64,000 nt of DNA from Candidatus Woesearchaeota archaeon (GCA_046704725.1 JBJKRI010000002.1:1-64000), one strand, 5' to 3'. Shown: positions 10,113 to 19,325, counted from the first letter of the stretch. The notes: generated from the sequence alone by a model not told the origin. A program made the numbers and translations.

Positions 10113-11626
10113 TCATCCCCAGTGGCTGACGATGTCCACGAGGTCGAAGATGTCGACCACGCCGTCGCCGTTGAGGTCTGCTGTGCCGTCCGTCCCGCTG
10201 CGTATCTGCTGTATGGCGATGACCAGGTCTTGCACGTTCACCACGCCGTCATTGTTCAGGTCTCCGATGCGCTGTTGCGCGATGGTGAAGCTGATGGGCG
10301 TGTCGGTGGTGTCCGCGTTGCCGCTCGTGTCCTGGCACCGCACGGCGTAATTGTAGGTGCCGTTCGCAAGGCCGGTCAGCGCCGCGGTGTGCGTGAAGCC
10401 GTCCGCAGTCGTGAAGCTGCCCGCCATGGATGCGTACGCGGTCCCCGCACTGCCGTACTTGCACGTCGCCGCTTCGTTCGTCGTCACGCTGAGCGTGGCG
10501 TTCGTCGTTCCCGAGGCAAGCGTGCCGCTCGGGCCGTTCACCGTCACGATTGGTGGCGTCGTGTCCGTGGCGTTCGAGACGTTCGTGTACGACCCGGTCC
10601 AGATCGTGATGTTGCCGTAGTATTCGGTCTGGTTCTTGGGCGAGCCGCCGTTGAAGGTGGATGCGAGCTCGATGTTCTCCACGCCGAGCGTCCCCGTGCC
10701 GATGCCTTGGTTGTCGTTCACCTTCTCGCCGTCTATCCACACCTCGAACGCCCCGTCGAGGGCCTGCGAGCTGGACTCCGCCGTGTACTTGATGGTGACG
10801 CGGTGCCAGTTCCCGTTCGTGAGGTGGTCGATCGTCGCCGGCGGGGGTCCGAAGGGATGCAGGTCGCAGTCCTGGTCGATCTTCACGTTGTTGCTCTGCA
10901 TGAGGCTGAAGCCGCAGGTCGGAATGCCTTCGTGCCTGTTCGAGCCGATGGAGAAGGTGAGCCGCGGGTCATCGACAGCGTTCCCCCCGAGATTGATGAT
11001 GAAGTGCTTTTTCCCGAGCCGCGGGAACTTGCCGATGCCGTAGTCGAATCCCGGCGCCTTGTAGTAGTAGGTGAGGTAGGTGACCCGTCCGGTGGCCGTG
11101 CTCACCTGGTGCTCGAGCGGGTAGTATTGCTCGTCGTAGATGATCCACTCCTTGTTGCTTGCTGTCGCGTTCGATGCCTCGCCGATCGTGATGTGCGTGG
11201 GGTCTATGTATCCTGTGACGAACTGCACGCCGTTGATGTTGGTCCCGTTGATGGAGATATGGCCTTCTCCTGCGCCTGAGGTGACGTCGCTCGCCGTGAA
11301 GGTGTTCTGCGTCGAGTGAGCGTCGTGCTTCCTGCGGTGATGCTCCCGAGGCCGTGGCTCCCTCCTTCGGGCCAGTTCCAGCGCATCGCTCCCAATCCTC
11401 CGGGACCTGCTCCCGCCACCGGCGCGATGACGTCTGTCGATGCGTTGTTGGTGCAGCCGGCCTTCCCCCTGATCCAGTGCCCGTTGTACACGGCGTCCTG
11501 GCAGGTGGCGTAGCCCGTGAAGTTCTCGTGGAAGGCGATCGTGCTCTGCGCGTTGGGCTGCGGCTCCGCATGCACGAGCGGGAGCGCGAAAAGCGCGAGG
11601 GCGAGAAGTATCGTGGCGGTGCGCAT
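10113..11626 (-). pseudogene. Secreted protein (ConA/lyase-like beta-sandwich, Ig-like domain, C-terminal dockerin) with one frameshift near 11316
   Basis: Signal-peptide ORF 11626-11204 joins the 10113 ORF frame at ctc-ac-tcg-acg; ends GDLNNDGVVNVQDL...ADLNGDGVVDIFDL (dockerin EF-hand pair). Confidence 0.75.
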
Positions 11627-11706
11627 GCCCTGAATCCGCGATGGGATTATTTAAGGGATACATCTTCAATCACATCCTTTATATTTCAATTCATCTTTTC
11701 ATCCCT

Positions 11707-12345
11707 ATGGATAAAGTCATCGTCGCCCCGGTCGGGGACCGCCCCGACGCCATCTTCCCCGCATTGAGAGAGTTCACCGTCGAGCACGTCCACATGCTCA
11801 CCACTTCGGCCTTCAAGGAGCAGGCCGAGCAATTGCGCAAGGACCTCGACAAGTTCGGCATCCCCTACTCGGAGCGCGCCATCGGCGACAACCTCTGGGA
11901 GGACACCTTCACCGCCGTCTCGGAGTTCGCCGCTTCCCATCCCCATCGCGAGCGCATCATCGTGCACGTCGGCGTGGGCGACAGGACCATGCAGTGCGCC
12001 GCCACGACAGCCGCTTTCGTCAACGGCCTGCACGCCGTCAACGGCGATTCAAAGTACATCATGGGCTTGCCCGTCATGCGTTTTTCCTACTACAAATTGC
12101 TCAACGACCGCAAGATGCGCATCCTCAAGGCTTTGCAGGACGGTCCTCGCAGCATGAACGAGCTCGCCGAGGACCTGCGCATGTCCTTGTCATTGCTCTC
12201 CTACCATGTCCACGGCAATCGCAAGTCCGAAGGGCTCGTGGATATGGGTCTCGCCGAGCTCGAGGACCGCAAGGGACAGGTCGTGTTGCACCCGACGTCG
12301 ATGGGGCGGTTGCTCGTCAAGGGCAGCGTCCCCCAGGCGGCGTAG
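11707..12345 (+). CDS. Transcription regulator with N-terminal CARF-like/Rossmann domain and C-terminal ArsR-type wHTH (Csa3/DUF6293-like)
   Basis: VIVAPVG start strand, IIVHVGVGDR (cf. CARF VNxxGG-R), HTH SMNELAEDLRMSLSLLSYHV. Confidence 0.75.
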   Translation: MDKVIVAPVGDRPDAIFPALREFTVEHVHMLTTSAFKEQAEQLRKDLDKFGIPYSERAIGDNLWEDTFTAVSEFAASHPHRERIIVHVGVGDRTMQCAATTAAFVNGLHAVNGDSKYIMGLPVMRFSYYKLLNDRKMRILKALQDGPRSMNELAEDLRMSLSLLSYHVHGNRKSEGLVDMGLAELEDRKGQVVLHPTSMGRLLVKGSVPQAA

Positions 12346-12376
12346 GCTTTTTCAATGAGGCCGACATGGCACTCTT

Positions 12377-12490
12377 ATGGAAGCGGAAGACATCATCGAC
12401 ACGCTCGATGACGATGAGATCACCGCCGGCGAGGCCGGTTTCGTGCGGGGCTACTTCGAGGAGCGCCGTCGCGCCTGGGAAGGCGCCTGA
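12377..12490 (+). CDS. Acidic micro-protein (37 aa) MEAEDIIDTLDDDEITAGEAGFVRGYFEERRRAWEGA
   Basis: Hand-translated; shares motif with 13552-13731 and 17642-17749. Confidence 0.6.
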   Translation: MEAEDIIDTLDDDEITAGEAGFVRGYFEERRRAWEGA

Positions 12491-12684
12491 GCGCGTTTCT
12501 CGAAGAACGCGAGATAGATGATCGGTAGGATGCCGAGGGTGTTGAATACGAGGATGCAGCTGAACCACCAGATCTGGTCGTGATGCGCGCTCTTCCACAT
12601 GCCGATGCCTTTCCAGACGAGTTCCCAGACCCCGACGACGAACAAGAGGGTCATCAGGCCGGAGGAGAGAGTGACTGCCGCCAT
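12451..12684 (-). CDS. DUF5652-like small membrane protein
   Basis: WELVWKGIGMWKSA...WWF...NTLGILPIIYL signature. Confidence 0.85.
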   Translation of the reverse strand: MAAVTLSSGLMTLLFVVGVWELVWKGIGMWKSAHHDQIWWFSCILVFNTLGILPIIYLAFFEKRAQAPSQARRRSSK

Positions 12685-12772
12685 AGCCGTTACTCAGGCG
12701 ACCTACTATTTAAGCGCGTTGCTACGCCGCTCTGTAGTGCCACTTGATGAGCTCGTGGGTCATTGATCCGTC

Positions 12773-13030
12773 ATGCGATATCTCCTGCTCGCTCTTGTCG
12801 TGCTCGCCTCGTGCGCGTTCGCCCTCACGCATTCCGAAGCGCGCGAGATCGCTGCGGGTAATCCCGCCTGCACGTCCGTCGGTCCCATCAACGCCACGGG
12901 CTACTACAATGCCAACAGCAGGACCTGGTGGTTCGACATCCATGCGAACCGCACGGGCTGCGCGCCCGCGTGCGTCGTCTCCGAGAATAGGACCGCAGAG
13001 GTGAACTGGCGCTGTACGGGCCTTGCTTAG
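12773..13030 (+). CDS. Small secreted Cys-rich protein
   Basis: Signal peptide; TWWFD...GCAPACVV...AEVNWRCTGL motif. Confidence 0.8.
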   Translation: MRYLLLALVVLASCAFALTHSEAREIAAGNPACTSVGPINATGYYNANSRTWWFDIHANRTGCAPACVVSENRTAEVNWRCTGLA

Positions 13031-13392
13031 TGCCAGGCAGCGGCTTCCTGCCGGTTGAAGACCGGGCAGCCAGCGCAGTCCTTTGCCGCGCAACCTTCCT
13101 TGTGGCCTGCGTCCTCGAACCAGTGCTTGATGCGGATGAGGTGCTTCTTGAGCTGCTTTCCCTCCTCGCTCACGCGGTAGGTCACGTTCCGGCCGTCCTC
13201 CGCGCGGACCACCAGGCCGAAGCGCACGAAGTCCTGGAGCCGTGCCGAGAGCAGTGTCGGATTGATGCGGTGGCGCGACAGCGACTGCAACGCGTTGAAG
13301 GTCTGCGGATCGTCGTCGAGATTGAAGAACAAGGCGTACGCCCACTTCTTGCCGAGCAGGTCGTAGAGTTCGAGCAGGCTGCACTCTTCCAT
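13027..13392 (-). CDS. HxlR-family wHTH regulator with Cys-rich tail
   Basis: LLGKKWAY, INPTLLSARL, VTYRVSEEG; C-terminal CAAKDCAGCP. Confidence 0.85.
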   Translation of the reverse strand: MEECSLLELYDLLGKKWAYALFFNLDDDPQTFNALQSLSRHRINPTLLSARLQDFVRFGLVVRAEDGRNVTYRVSEEGKQLKKHLIRIKHWFEDAGHKEGCAAKDCAGCPVFNRQEAAAWH

Positions 13393-13487
13393 GCGCTACA
13401 AGCATGCGTAGCGAATATTTAAGTATAGCGTCCTTGGTTTCCATCCTTGTACGTCAGTACTGCGTCACCCCAATCGCAACCATTGTC

Positions 13488-13503
13488 CTACACGCGCGTG
13501 TAG
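13488..13503. promoter_or_regulatory. Perfect 16-bp palindrome CTACACGCGCGTGTAG in a divergent intergenic region
   Basis: Direct reading; lies between the HxlR gene and the acidic micro-protein gene. Confidence 0.45.
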
Positions 13504-13551
13504 TGCTATTTTTTTAGTTCCACTTCCATGCCCAGCAGTGGGGGTGCTGCC

Positions 13552-13731
13552 ATGGCACGGTATACCGAGTATGTTCGGGAGTACGATCTGGGGGAAGGGC
13601 AATGGGTCGAGCGCGAGGAGCTTGATGACCTGGACCCGATGTCCGATCCGGGCGAGTATCTAGAGGACGGCGAGATAGACGTGGGCGAGGAGGCGTTCAT
13701 GCGGGGCTTCGGCGAAGCCCTGGAGGCCTGA
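13552..13731 (+). CDS. Acidic micro-protein (59 aa) ending EDGEIDVGEEAFMRGFGEALEA
   Basis: GGGGGTG SD before ATG; shared motif with two other micro-ORFs. Confidence 0.7.
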   Translation: MARYTEYVREYDLGEGQWVEREELDDLDPMSDPGEYLEDGEIDVGEEAFMRGFGEALEA

Positions 13732-13732
13732 G

Positions 13733-13939
13733 GTGCTGCTTGTCGTCGAGACCGCGAACGGTTTCCTGATCCGGCGCGGGACGCAGGAGATCGAGATTCC
13801 AGCGAGCGAGGAGCGCATGGATATGCGCAGGCTCTTGTGCCGGCTCAAGGGGGAGGGACGCGTGGTGTTCTTCCCGCTCGACGGCGGCGCGGGATGCACG
13901 AACAGGTGCGATGAGAAAAAAGACACTGCCACCGCGTGA
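13733..13939 (+). CDS. Small hypothetical protein
   Basis: GGAGG upstream; coupled to the preceding ORF. Confidence 0.5.
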   Translation: MLLVVETANGFLIRRGTQEIEIPASEERMDMRRLLCRLKGEGRVVFFPLDGGAGCTNRCDEKKDTATA

Positions 13940-14016
13940 GGATCCTGTCGATGATCGGGAGGTCGTCGTCTGGACCTATCGTCTTGAGCGCGAACGCATC
14001 GAAGCCTGAACTGTTC

Positions 14017-14469
14017 TTATAGCCAGCGCCGGGTTCGCTGGCGATATTTCCTGTAGTTCTTGCCGAAGGCCTCTTCCAGATGGCGCTCCTCAACGCGCAC
14101 CACGCCGAAATGGATGAGCAGAAAAGCGATGCCGCACAGCAGCACCAGCCACAGCGAATCGCGATAGACTGCCAGGGCGAGGAAGATGAGCCCGAGCCCG
14201 ACGTAGATGGGGTTGCGCGAGTACCGGTACGCTCCGCCAGTCACCAGATGCGTGCTCTTCTCGTACGGCGATATCGGTGTCTTCGCCTTCCAGAGCGAGT
14301 AGGCCGCCCACCCCGTCAGCGCCGCTCCCAGGATGAAGAGCACCCACGCGATCCATTCCCATCCTGGCGGCAGGAGCCGCAGCGGCAACACGGTGTCGAG
14401 CGCGACGCCCGCGAAGAACGCGAGCACGAGGATGAGTGGTGGGGGGGCGAGCACGTGGCGCATGCGCAT
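14017..14469 (-). CDS. Isoprenylcysteine carboxylmethyltransferase/PEMT-family membrane protein
   Basis: LVTGGAYRYSRNPIYVG, EERHLEEAFGKNYRKYRQRTRRWL. Confidence 0.92.
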   Translation of the reverse strand: MRMRHVLAPPPLILVLAFFAGVALDTVLPLRLLPPGWEWIAWVLFILGAALTGWAAYSLWKAKTPISPYEKSTHLVTGGAYRYSRNPIYVGLGLIFLALAVYRDSLWLVLLCGIAFLLIHFGVVRVEERHLEEAFGKNYRKYRQRTRRWL

Positions 14470-14557
14470 CGCAAGACGCGGCCGCTCTTGAAGCTAGCGT
14501 TTTCTCATTGCGCGGTGGACCACAGAGCTTTTAATAGGATACTGCGGGTGAGGACTG

Positions 14558-15235
14558 ATGGATTTCAACGTGCTGGCGTTCGTCGGGCTCTTGTGCGCGA
14601 TCCTCATCTTCATGCTCGACGCTCCCGCATGGATCTTCTTTCTCGCCGTGCTTTTCGCCGGCGGCCTCGCGTTCCTCGGGGACCGCGCTGTGGGCGTGCG
14701 GCGCCGCGGACGGCTCGTGTCGTTCGCCAAGCGTCTGGGTTTCTCCTACACCCCGGTCGGGGAGAACGTGCGCTTCGGACCTGTCGTGTCAGCGAAATCG
14801 CGGAACCTCCTCGTCGGCAAGCACGAAGGGCTGTCCTGGCGCATCGCCGAGGACCCTTACTACGACGCGGACCGCATCGAGCATCGCACCGTCATGGACG
14901 CCAAGCTCTCCGTGCCGTTGTTCACGCTCAACCGTCGCGGCGCGCTCAGCCGCTTCGCCCAGTGCCTCGGTTTCGCCGATGTGCCCGTCAAGGACGCGTC
15001 GTTCGCCAAGCGCTTCTCCGTGCGCGGGCGCAGCACGGATTCCTTGCATGAACTGTTCGAGCAGGTCGCTCCCGCTTTCGCGGAGATACCCGACGTGGAT
15101 TTCTCGGTGGAGGCGTTGCCGGGCATCGTGCGTTTCTCCTGGGGCTCGCACGTGCTCACGCCCGAGGAGGTGGCCGACTGGTTCGGCAAGGTCGTGCCTG
15201 TCGCGCACGCCCTCAAGCGCGCGTCGCGCTCGTAA
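14558..15235 (+). CDS. Membrane-anchored hypothetical protein
   Basis: Two N-terminal TM helices; GGTGAGG SD and TATA upstream. Confidence 0.7.
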   Translation: MDFNVLAFVGLLCAILIFMLDAPAWIFFLAVLFAGGLAFLGDRAVGVRRRGRLVSFAKRLGFSYTPVGENVRFGPVVSAKSRNLLVGKHEGLSWRIAEDPYYDADRIEHRTVMDAKLSVPLFTLNRRGALSRFAQCLGFADVPVKDASFAKRFSVRGRSTDSLHELFEQVAPAFAEIPDVDFSVEALPGIVRFSWGSHVLTPEEVADWFGKVVPVAHALKRASRS

Positions 15236-15260
15236 GCTTTTTGGATGTGCTGTGAATTCC

Positions 15261-15851
15261 ATGGGTGTGGACGCGGAATACCTCATTTACTTCGCCCCCT
15301 CCCTGAAGCTCGAGCGGTGGGCCTCCCGGCTGCGGCTCAGCGCCTCCTCCTTCTTGGGCGTGCCCGCCTACGCTTTCCGTTTCGACGGGCAGTCCGGTCT
15401 TGTCGATCAGCTCGTGCAACGGTTCGACGCTCCGCGGTTGCTCTTCGAGCACCGGTCGTGGCAGCGGCTCGACGGCGGCGAGGTCGTCTCGTCGCTCTCC
15501 TGCTCCCGGGAGGGAGAGCGCGTGCATGCCGCGCTGGGAAAGCGCGTCGATGGCCTGTGGAGCGCGACCGACCGGTTCCCCGTCCCCGGCGCCCCCTGGC
15601 GCCCGTCCATCGTCATCGGCAAGGACGGCCCGTTCCCGGTCAGGCCCCTGCCCTCTTTCGAGTCGCACCGCCTCGTGGTCGCGTACCGTCCCACAGGGGA
15701 GATGGAATATCGTGTCCGTCAGCGTGTCGAGTTGGGTCGTCTGAGCGATCGCGTGCTCAAGCGCTCTACCGCCGATAGGGCAGATCCAGGTACTGGATAT
15801 TCATCGGCAATCGCGGTTCCGAGGGCACGCTCTTCTGATACGCATCCTTGA
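15261..15851 (+). CDS. Hypothetical protein, possibly a degenerate 2H-phosphoesterase fold
   Basis: ATG just after the previous gene; WRPSIVIG resembles the second HxT region but lacks His; 3' end overlaps the next gene. Confidence 0.4.
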   Translation: MGVDAEYLIYFAPSLKLERWASRLRLSASSFLGVPAYAFRFDGQSGLVDQLVQRFDAPRLLFEHRSWQRLDGGEVVSSLSCSREGERVHAALGKRVDGLWSATDRFPVPGAPWRPSIVIGKDGPFPVRPLPSFESHRLVVAYRPTGEMEYRVRQRVELGRLSDRVLKRSTADRADPGTGYSSAIAVPRARSSDTHP

Positions 15852-16068
15852 TGCTTGTCTCTAGCTGCTTGGAATATTCTCCCGCGACGGTGATTGTGAC
15901 CTTCCACCTGCCATACTCCTTTTCGAAGTAGATGTCCGTCACGGGAATCCCCTCTTGCGAGAGTCCCCTGAAGAGGCGCAATCTCGCCTTCTTCTTCCTG
16001 GGTATCCGTCCGCCGGAGTCGAGATGGCGCGAGATTCTCGATCTCCACGAGCTTCGTTTCTCTGACAT
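15766..16068 (-). CDS. Hypothetical protein
   Basis: 100-aa ORF downstream of the DUF2779 gene. Confidence 0.45.
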   Translation of the reverse strand: MSEKRSSWRSRISRHLDSGGRIPRKKKARLRLFRGLSQEGIPVTDIYFEKEYGRWKVTITVAGEYSKQLETSIKDAYQKSVPSEPRLPMNIQYLDLPYRR

Positions 16069-16090
16069 TGCCAGAGCATGTCGCTCTCTC

Positions 16091-17536
16091 TTATATGCTC
16101 GTCGGTCCGCAAGCCGTCTTGAGCACTCTGAGGATGTCGATCATGCCTTCGGTGTCTTGTGCGCAGTACGCCAATAGGGCGTTCCTGATGCGTTCGCGTT
16201 CTGTTTCACCAAGCAGCGCTGAACGCAGGAATTCCCTGCTCGCTTGGTCCCCGCGGTTGATCTCCATGTCGTAGCCGTTGCCCGTCAGTGCGGGGAGCAC
16301 GGCTTTCATGCTGCAGCTCCCGTGCTGCTCCTTGTCGTAGTACCAGAAGTTCCTGAAGGGCACGAGCAGGTCCACGAAGCGGTCGTCGATGTCCTCGAGC
16401 CACGGCGCATCGTAGCGCTTGGCGAGGTTCGCGATGACCGTCCTCTCGAAGCGGGCGTTGTACGCGACGATGCTTCCCTTGTCGCCGAGCGCCTTGAGCG
16501 CTTCTGCTAGTTTCTCTCGGGGATCGTCGTCGTTGTCCGCGAGGAACTCCACGTGGCGCACGCTCCCGTCCTCTTCTTGGATGTGCAGGCTGAACTGGAA
16601 GGGCACCTGCTCGTAGGGGTGGGTGTGCGAGAACACCGGTATGGCTGGATTGAAGGCTTCGAAGTCGAGGAAGTACAATGGGTACTCCAATGCGTCGATC
16701 CAGTCTTGGAGGTGGTGTTTGTCGATGTGCGTGCCGTTGTCGATGGCGTCGTGCTGGATGGCTTGCTTGGGGTTGAGCCCGATCTTGTCCGTGATGTCGC
16801 CGATCCGCAGCAGTCCTTTCTCGAGGTACTCGAACGCTTTTCCCCGGTGCATGTAGAGCTCTGTCACGTTGTGTTCGGGCAGGAAGGACCAGCACACGTC
16901 CATGAGTGGGCAGGCGTGCGGGCTCGTGCACTGCGGCCCGATGTCTTTCTCTGGCATCGTCTTGTGCATGACCGACAGCATGCGCATCACGTTGCCGGGC
17001 ACGTCTTTGGCTCTTTTTCTCGTCTCTGCTGTCACGTCCGTGTCGCGGAAGAGTTGTCGCAGGTCGAGTTCCCCGTCTCGCTCGTAGGCGCTGTTGATGG
17101 TGCGCACCGTCACCTTGGTTATGGTCAGTCCGGCGTTCTCGAGGGTGTGCAATTGGAAGCTCACGTCGTGGAGGTGTTCGTCTTTGACCGACGTGCTGCT
17201 CTTGACCTCGATGATCTCCCAGCCGTCCGCAGCGGGCAAGAGGATGTCGACGCGGCAGTAGCAGCTTCCCGCCAGGAACGCGGGCTCGAACAATGGCACG
17301 TGTTTCCTGAGGGACTCTTTGGTGCGGTCGAGATAGTCCTGGAAGTCCTCTTCTTGGACGAGGACGCCGTCGGGATGGAGCTCCCTGGCCAGGACGCCGA
17401 TCTCCGTGCCGGCTTGCATGCGCGCCTCTGCCGAGGAGTCCGCTTCTGGGATCTCTTCTGGGGCGTTGGCCTCGTACCAGAGCCGTTTCGGGCATTGCAG
17501 GCCTGCCAGGTAGCGTCGCTTGCTCAGGATGCGCAT
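16091..17536 (-). CDS. DUF2779-domain protein (Cas4-like PD-(D/E)XK nuclease plus RNase H-like domain)
   Basis: LSKRRYLAGLQCPKRLW, DIL...EIIEVKSST, C-x5-CPLMDVC, YFLDFE, PYEQVPFQFSLH, YCAQDT. Confidence 0.9.
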   Translation of the reverse strand: MRILSKRRYLAGLQCPKRLWYEANAPEEIPEADSSAEARMQAGTEIGVLARELHPDGVLVQEEDFQDYLDRTKESLRKHVPLFEPAFLAGSCYCRVDILLPAADGWEIIEVKSSTSVKDEHLHDVSFQLHTLENAGLTITKVTVRTINSAYERDGELDLRQLFRDTDVTAETRKRAKDVPGNVMRMLSVMHKTMPEKDIGPQCTSPHACPLMDVCWSFLPEHNVTELYMHRGKAFEYLEKGLLRIGDITDKIGLNPKQAIQHDAIDNGTHIDKHHLQDWIDALEYPLYFLDFEAFNPAIPVFSHTHPYEQVPFQFSLHIQEEDGSVRHVEFLADNDDDPREKLAEALKALGDKGSIVAYNARFERTVIANLAKRYDAPWLEDIDDRFVDLLVPFRNFWYYDKEQHGSCSMKAVLPALTGNGYDMEINRGDQASREFLRSALLGETERERIRNALLAYCAQDTEGMIDILRVLKTACGPTSI

Positions 17537-17641
17537 GGGGCTCGTGGATTGTCCGCGTTTTTCAGGATTTGGGCTTGTGCAGGAATAAAGCATAAACTAT
17601 ATGAGTAAGTATGATACTACACCTTTTCGGGGTGCGTACAC

Positions 17642-17749
17642 ATGGAATACGAGGAAGAAGAGCTCGAAGAGGACACCATCAGCCTGATGGAGGCCGCGTT
17701 CATCCGCGGCTACCGCGACGAGCGAGACAGGGCCTTCATGGGAGAGTAG
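17642..17749 (+). CDS. Acidic micro-protein (35 aa) MEYEEEELEEDTISLMEAAFIRGYRDERDRAFMGE
   Basis: GGGGTG SD, shared motif, followed by a terminator hairpin. Confidence 0.7.
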   Translation: MEYEEEELEEDTISLMEAAFIRGYRDERDRAFMGE

Positions 17750-17760
17750 CCCGGGCCCGA

Positions 17761-17786
17761 GCGGGAGGCGACTCCCGCATTTTTTC
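17761..17786 (+). terminator. Hairpin terminator GCGGGAG-GCGA-CTCCCGC followed by a T-tract
   Basis: 7-bp stem, GNRA loop, ATTTTTTC. Confidence 0.75.
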
Positions 17787-17825
17787 TTCTCTGGATACAT
17801 TTTAATACTGAAGAAGTGCTTCTGG

Positions 17826-18191
17826 GTGATGCTCGAAGCCACTGCTGAGGGTGCTCGTTATCTCGTCCACTACGACAGCCGCGTGCCCTTCAGTGAACAG
17901 TACGAACTGCTGGTCATCAGCGGGACGGAGTCGTTTTCGACGCGGCAGAATCACCGCGTCGTGATCGGCATGGTCGAGACCGGGCCCCCTTGGGAGCACA
18001 AAAGGAGAAAGTATGTCACTGTGATGCCGATCCCCCCGGACCAGCGACCCGCTGCCTTGGCGGTGCTCCACCAGCACGGTTATAACCCGCCGTTCGTATC
18101 ATGTCCGTATCCAATGCCCTACCAGCCGCAGAAGGATGGTATGATGCCCCCACGCAACCAGTTCTTCATGACGCATGACCCGCGCTTGTGA
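17826..18191 (+). CDS. Hypothetical protein
   Basis: tttaata box upstream; 121-aa ORF. Confidence 0.5.
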   Translation: MMLEATAEGARYLVHYDSRVPFSEQYELLVISGTESFSTRQNHRVVIGMVETGPPWEHKRRKYVTVMPIPPDQRPAALAVLHQHGYNPPFVSCPYPMPYQPQKDGMMPPRNQFFMTHDPRL

Positions 18192-18245
18192 ACTGCTGTT
18201 TCCTGTAGCTGGGGCTTATAAGGCCGTTTCTTCGGTTCGCGGGCC

Positions 18246-18584
18246 ATGCAGAACTACAATGACCTCTTCGAAGAGGTGCAGAGGAACCTGACGACGTTCG
18301 CGCAACAGAACCCCGACCAGATGAGCGGCTTCAAGGCCTTCATGGAGTCCGTCGAGAAGCCCGGCGTGCTCGATGTCAAGCAGAAGCACTTGATCGCGAC
18401 GGCGTGCTCGATATCCGCGCACTGCGAGTGGTGCATCAGCTTCCACGTGCGGGGGGCGCTCGATGCCGGAGCCACGCGCGAGGAGGTCATGGAGTCGGCG
18501 TGGGTCGCGGTGCTCATGGGCGGCGGTCCCGCACTCATGTACATGCAGGGCGTGCTCGAGGCGCTCAAGGACTTCGGGCAGTAG
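18246..18584 (+). CDS. Carboxymuconolactone decarboxylase/AhpD-family protein
   Basis: LDVKQKHLIA, HCEWCISFH, ALDAGATREE, LMGGGPA. Confidence 0.92.
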   Translation: MQNYNDLFEEVQRNLTTFAQQNPDQMSGFKAFMESVEKPGVLDVKQKHLIATACSISAHCEWCISFHVRGALDAGATREEVMESAWVAVLMGGGPALMYMQGVLEALKDFGQ

Positions 18585-18768
18585 GTCCGGGTCTTGGGTT
18601 TCTAGCGGATTGGCGCGAGCATCGGCTTTCGTCTTGCAGGCACCGTTCGGCTCTAGATGGTCGGCGACATCCCCGGTGATGGAGACGCGTTTGATGAGGG
18701 TGCGGCGTTCGAGCGGGTCAGCGTCGAGCCAGGCGTTCCAGAATTCGTCAGCAAGGTCTTCGGTCATC

Positions 18769-19098
18769 TCAGTCCACCAGTGCCGTGAACCTGTGGATGA
18801 GGAGCTGCTGCGTGGCCGGCGCGATGCTGCCGATCTTGCCGAGCACGAGCTCTTTTCCGATCCGCAGCGGCGCGTCGGCGCGGATGGCGCTGTTGAGCGG
18901 GAGGCCGGATTCTTCCTTGCGGAGCTGGACGGACGTGTCGTTCGGCCGCGAGGTGATGGCGAAGACGAGGACGTCGGCGTGGCCCTCGTTGTACCGGTCG
19001 TTCGAGAGGACGACCGCCGGTCGGCGCTTCATCCCGTGCTGGTCGCTGAAGGGGAAGGGCACCGTCACGATGTCTCGCTGCTTCAGAGGCCCTTCCAT
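18769..19098 (-). CDS. mazF: PemK/MazF-family toxin
   Basis: DIVTVPFPFSD...KRRPAVVLS...FAITS. Confidence 0.9.
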   Translation of the reverse strand: MEGPLKQRDIVTVPFPFSDQHGMKRRPAVVLSNDRYNEGHADVLVFAITSRPNDTSVQLRKEESGLPLNSAIRADAPLRIGKELVLGKIGSIAPATQQLLIHRFTALVD

Positions 19099-19325
19099 GC
19101 CTCGTCCTCCTCGGGCGTTTTCCAGACCCTCTTGAGTCCGCGCTCCGACAGCGTGAGCCAGCCCGCTTTCTCCACGAGCGCTTCCACATCCTCTTGCTTG
19201 CGCAGCACGATGCCGTTCGCCGTCTCGAAGAGCGCGAGCCTGCTGCCTGCCGCGAGGCCGTACCTGTCCCGGATGCGCTCCGGGATGACGAGCTGTCCCC
19301 GGCTCGAGAGCGTGATAAGTTCCAT
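19083..19325 (-). CDS. AbrB/MazE-family antitoxin
   Basis: LSSRGQLVIPERIRDRYGL; C-terminal W..PEEDEAWKGL; overlaps the toxin gene. Confidence 0.88.
   Translation of the reverse strand: MELITLSSRGQLVIPERIRDRYGLAAGSRLALFETANGIVLRKQEDVEALVEKAGWLTLSERGLKRVWKTPEEDEAWKGL

Noticed and set aside
16091-17536. Cas4-like nucleases (also 46775-47563) as evidence of CRISPR-Cas
   Set aside because: No cas1/cas2, effector genes or repeat-spacer array are present, and both belong to common stand-alone families.
18216-18767. ORF starting right after mazF (MTEDLADEFWNAW…)
   Set aside because: It runs antisense through the whole AhpD-like gene; at best the first ~60 codons are a remnant, which cannot be supported.
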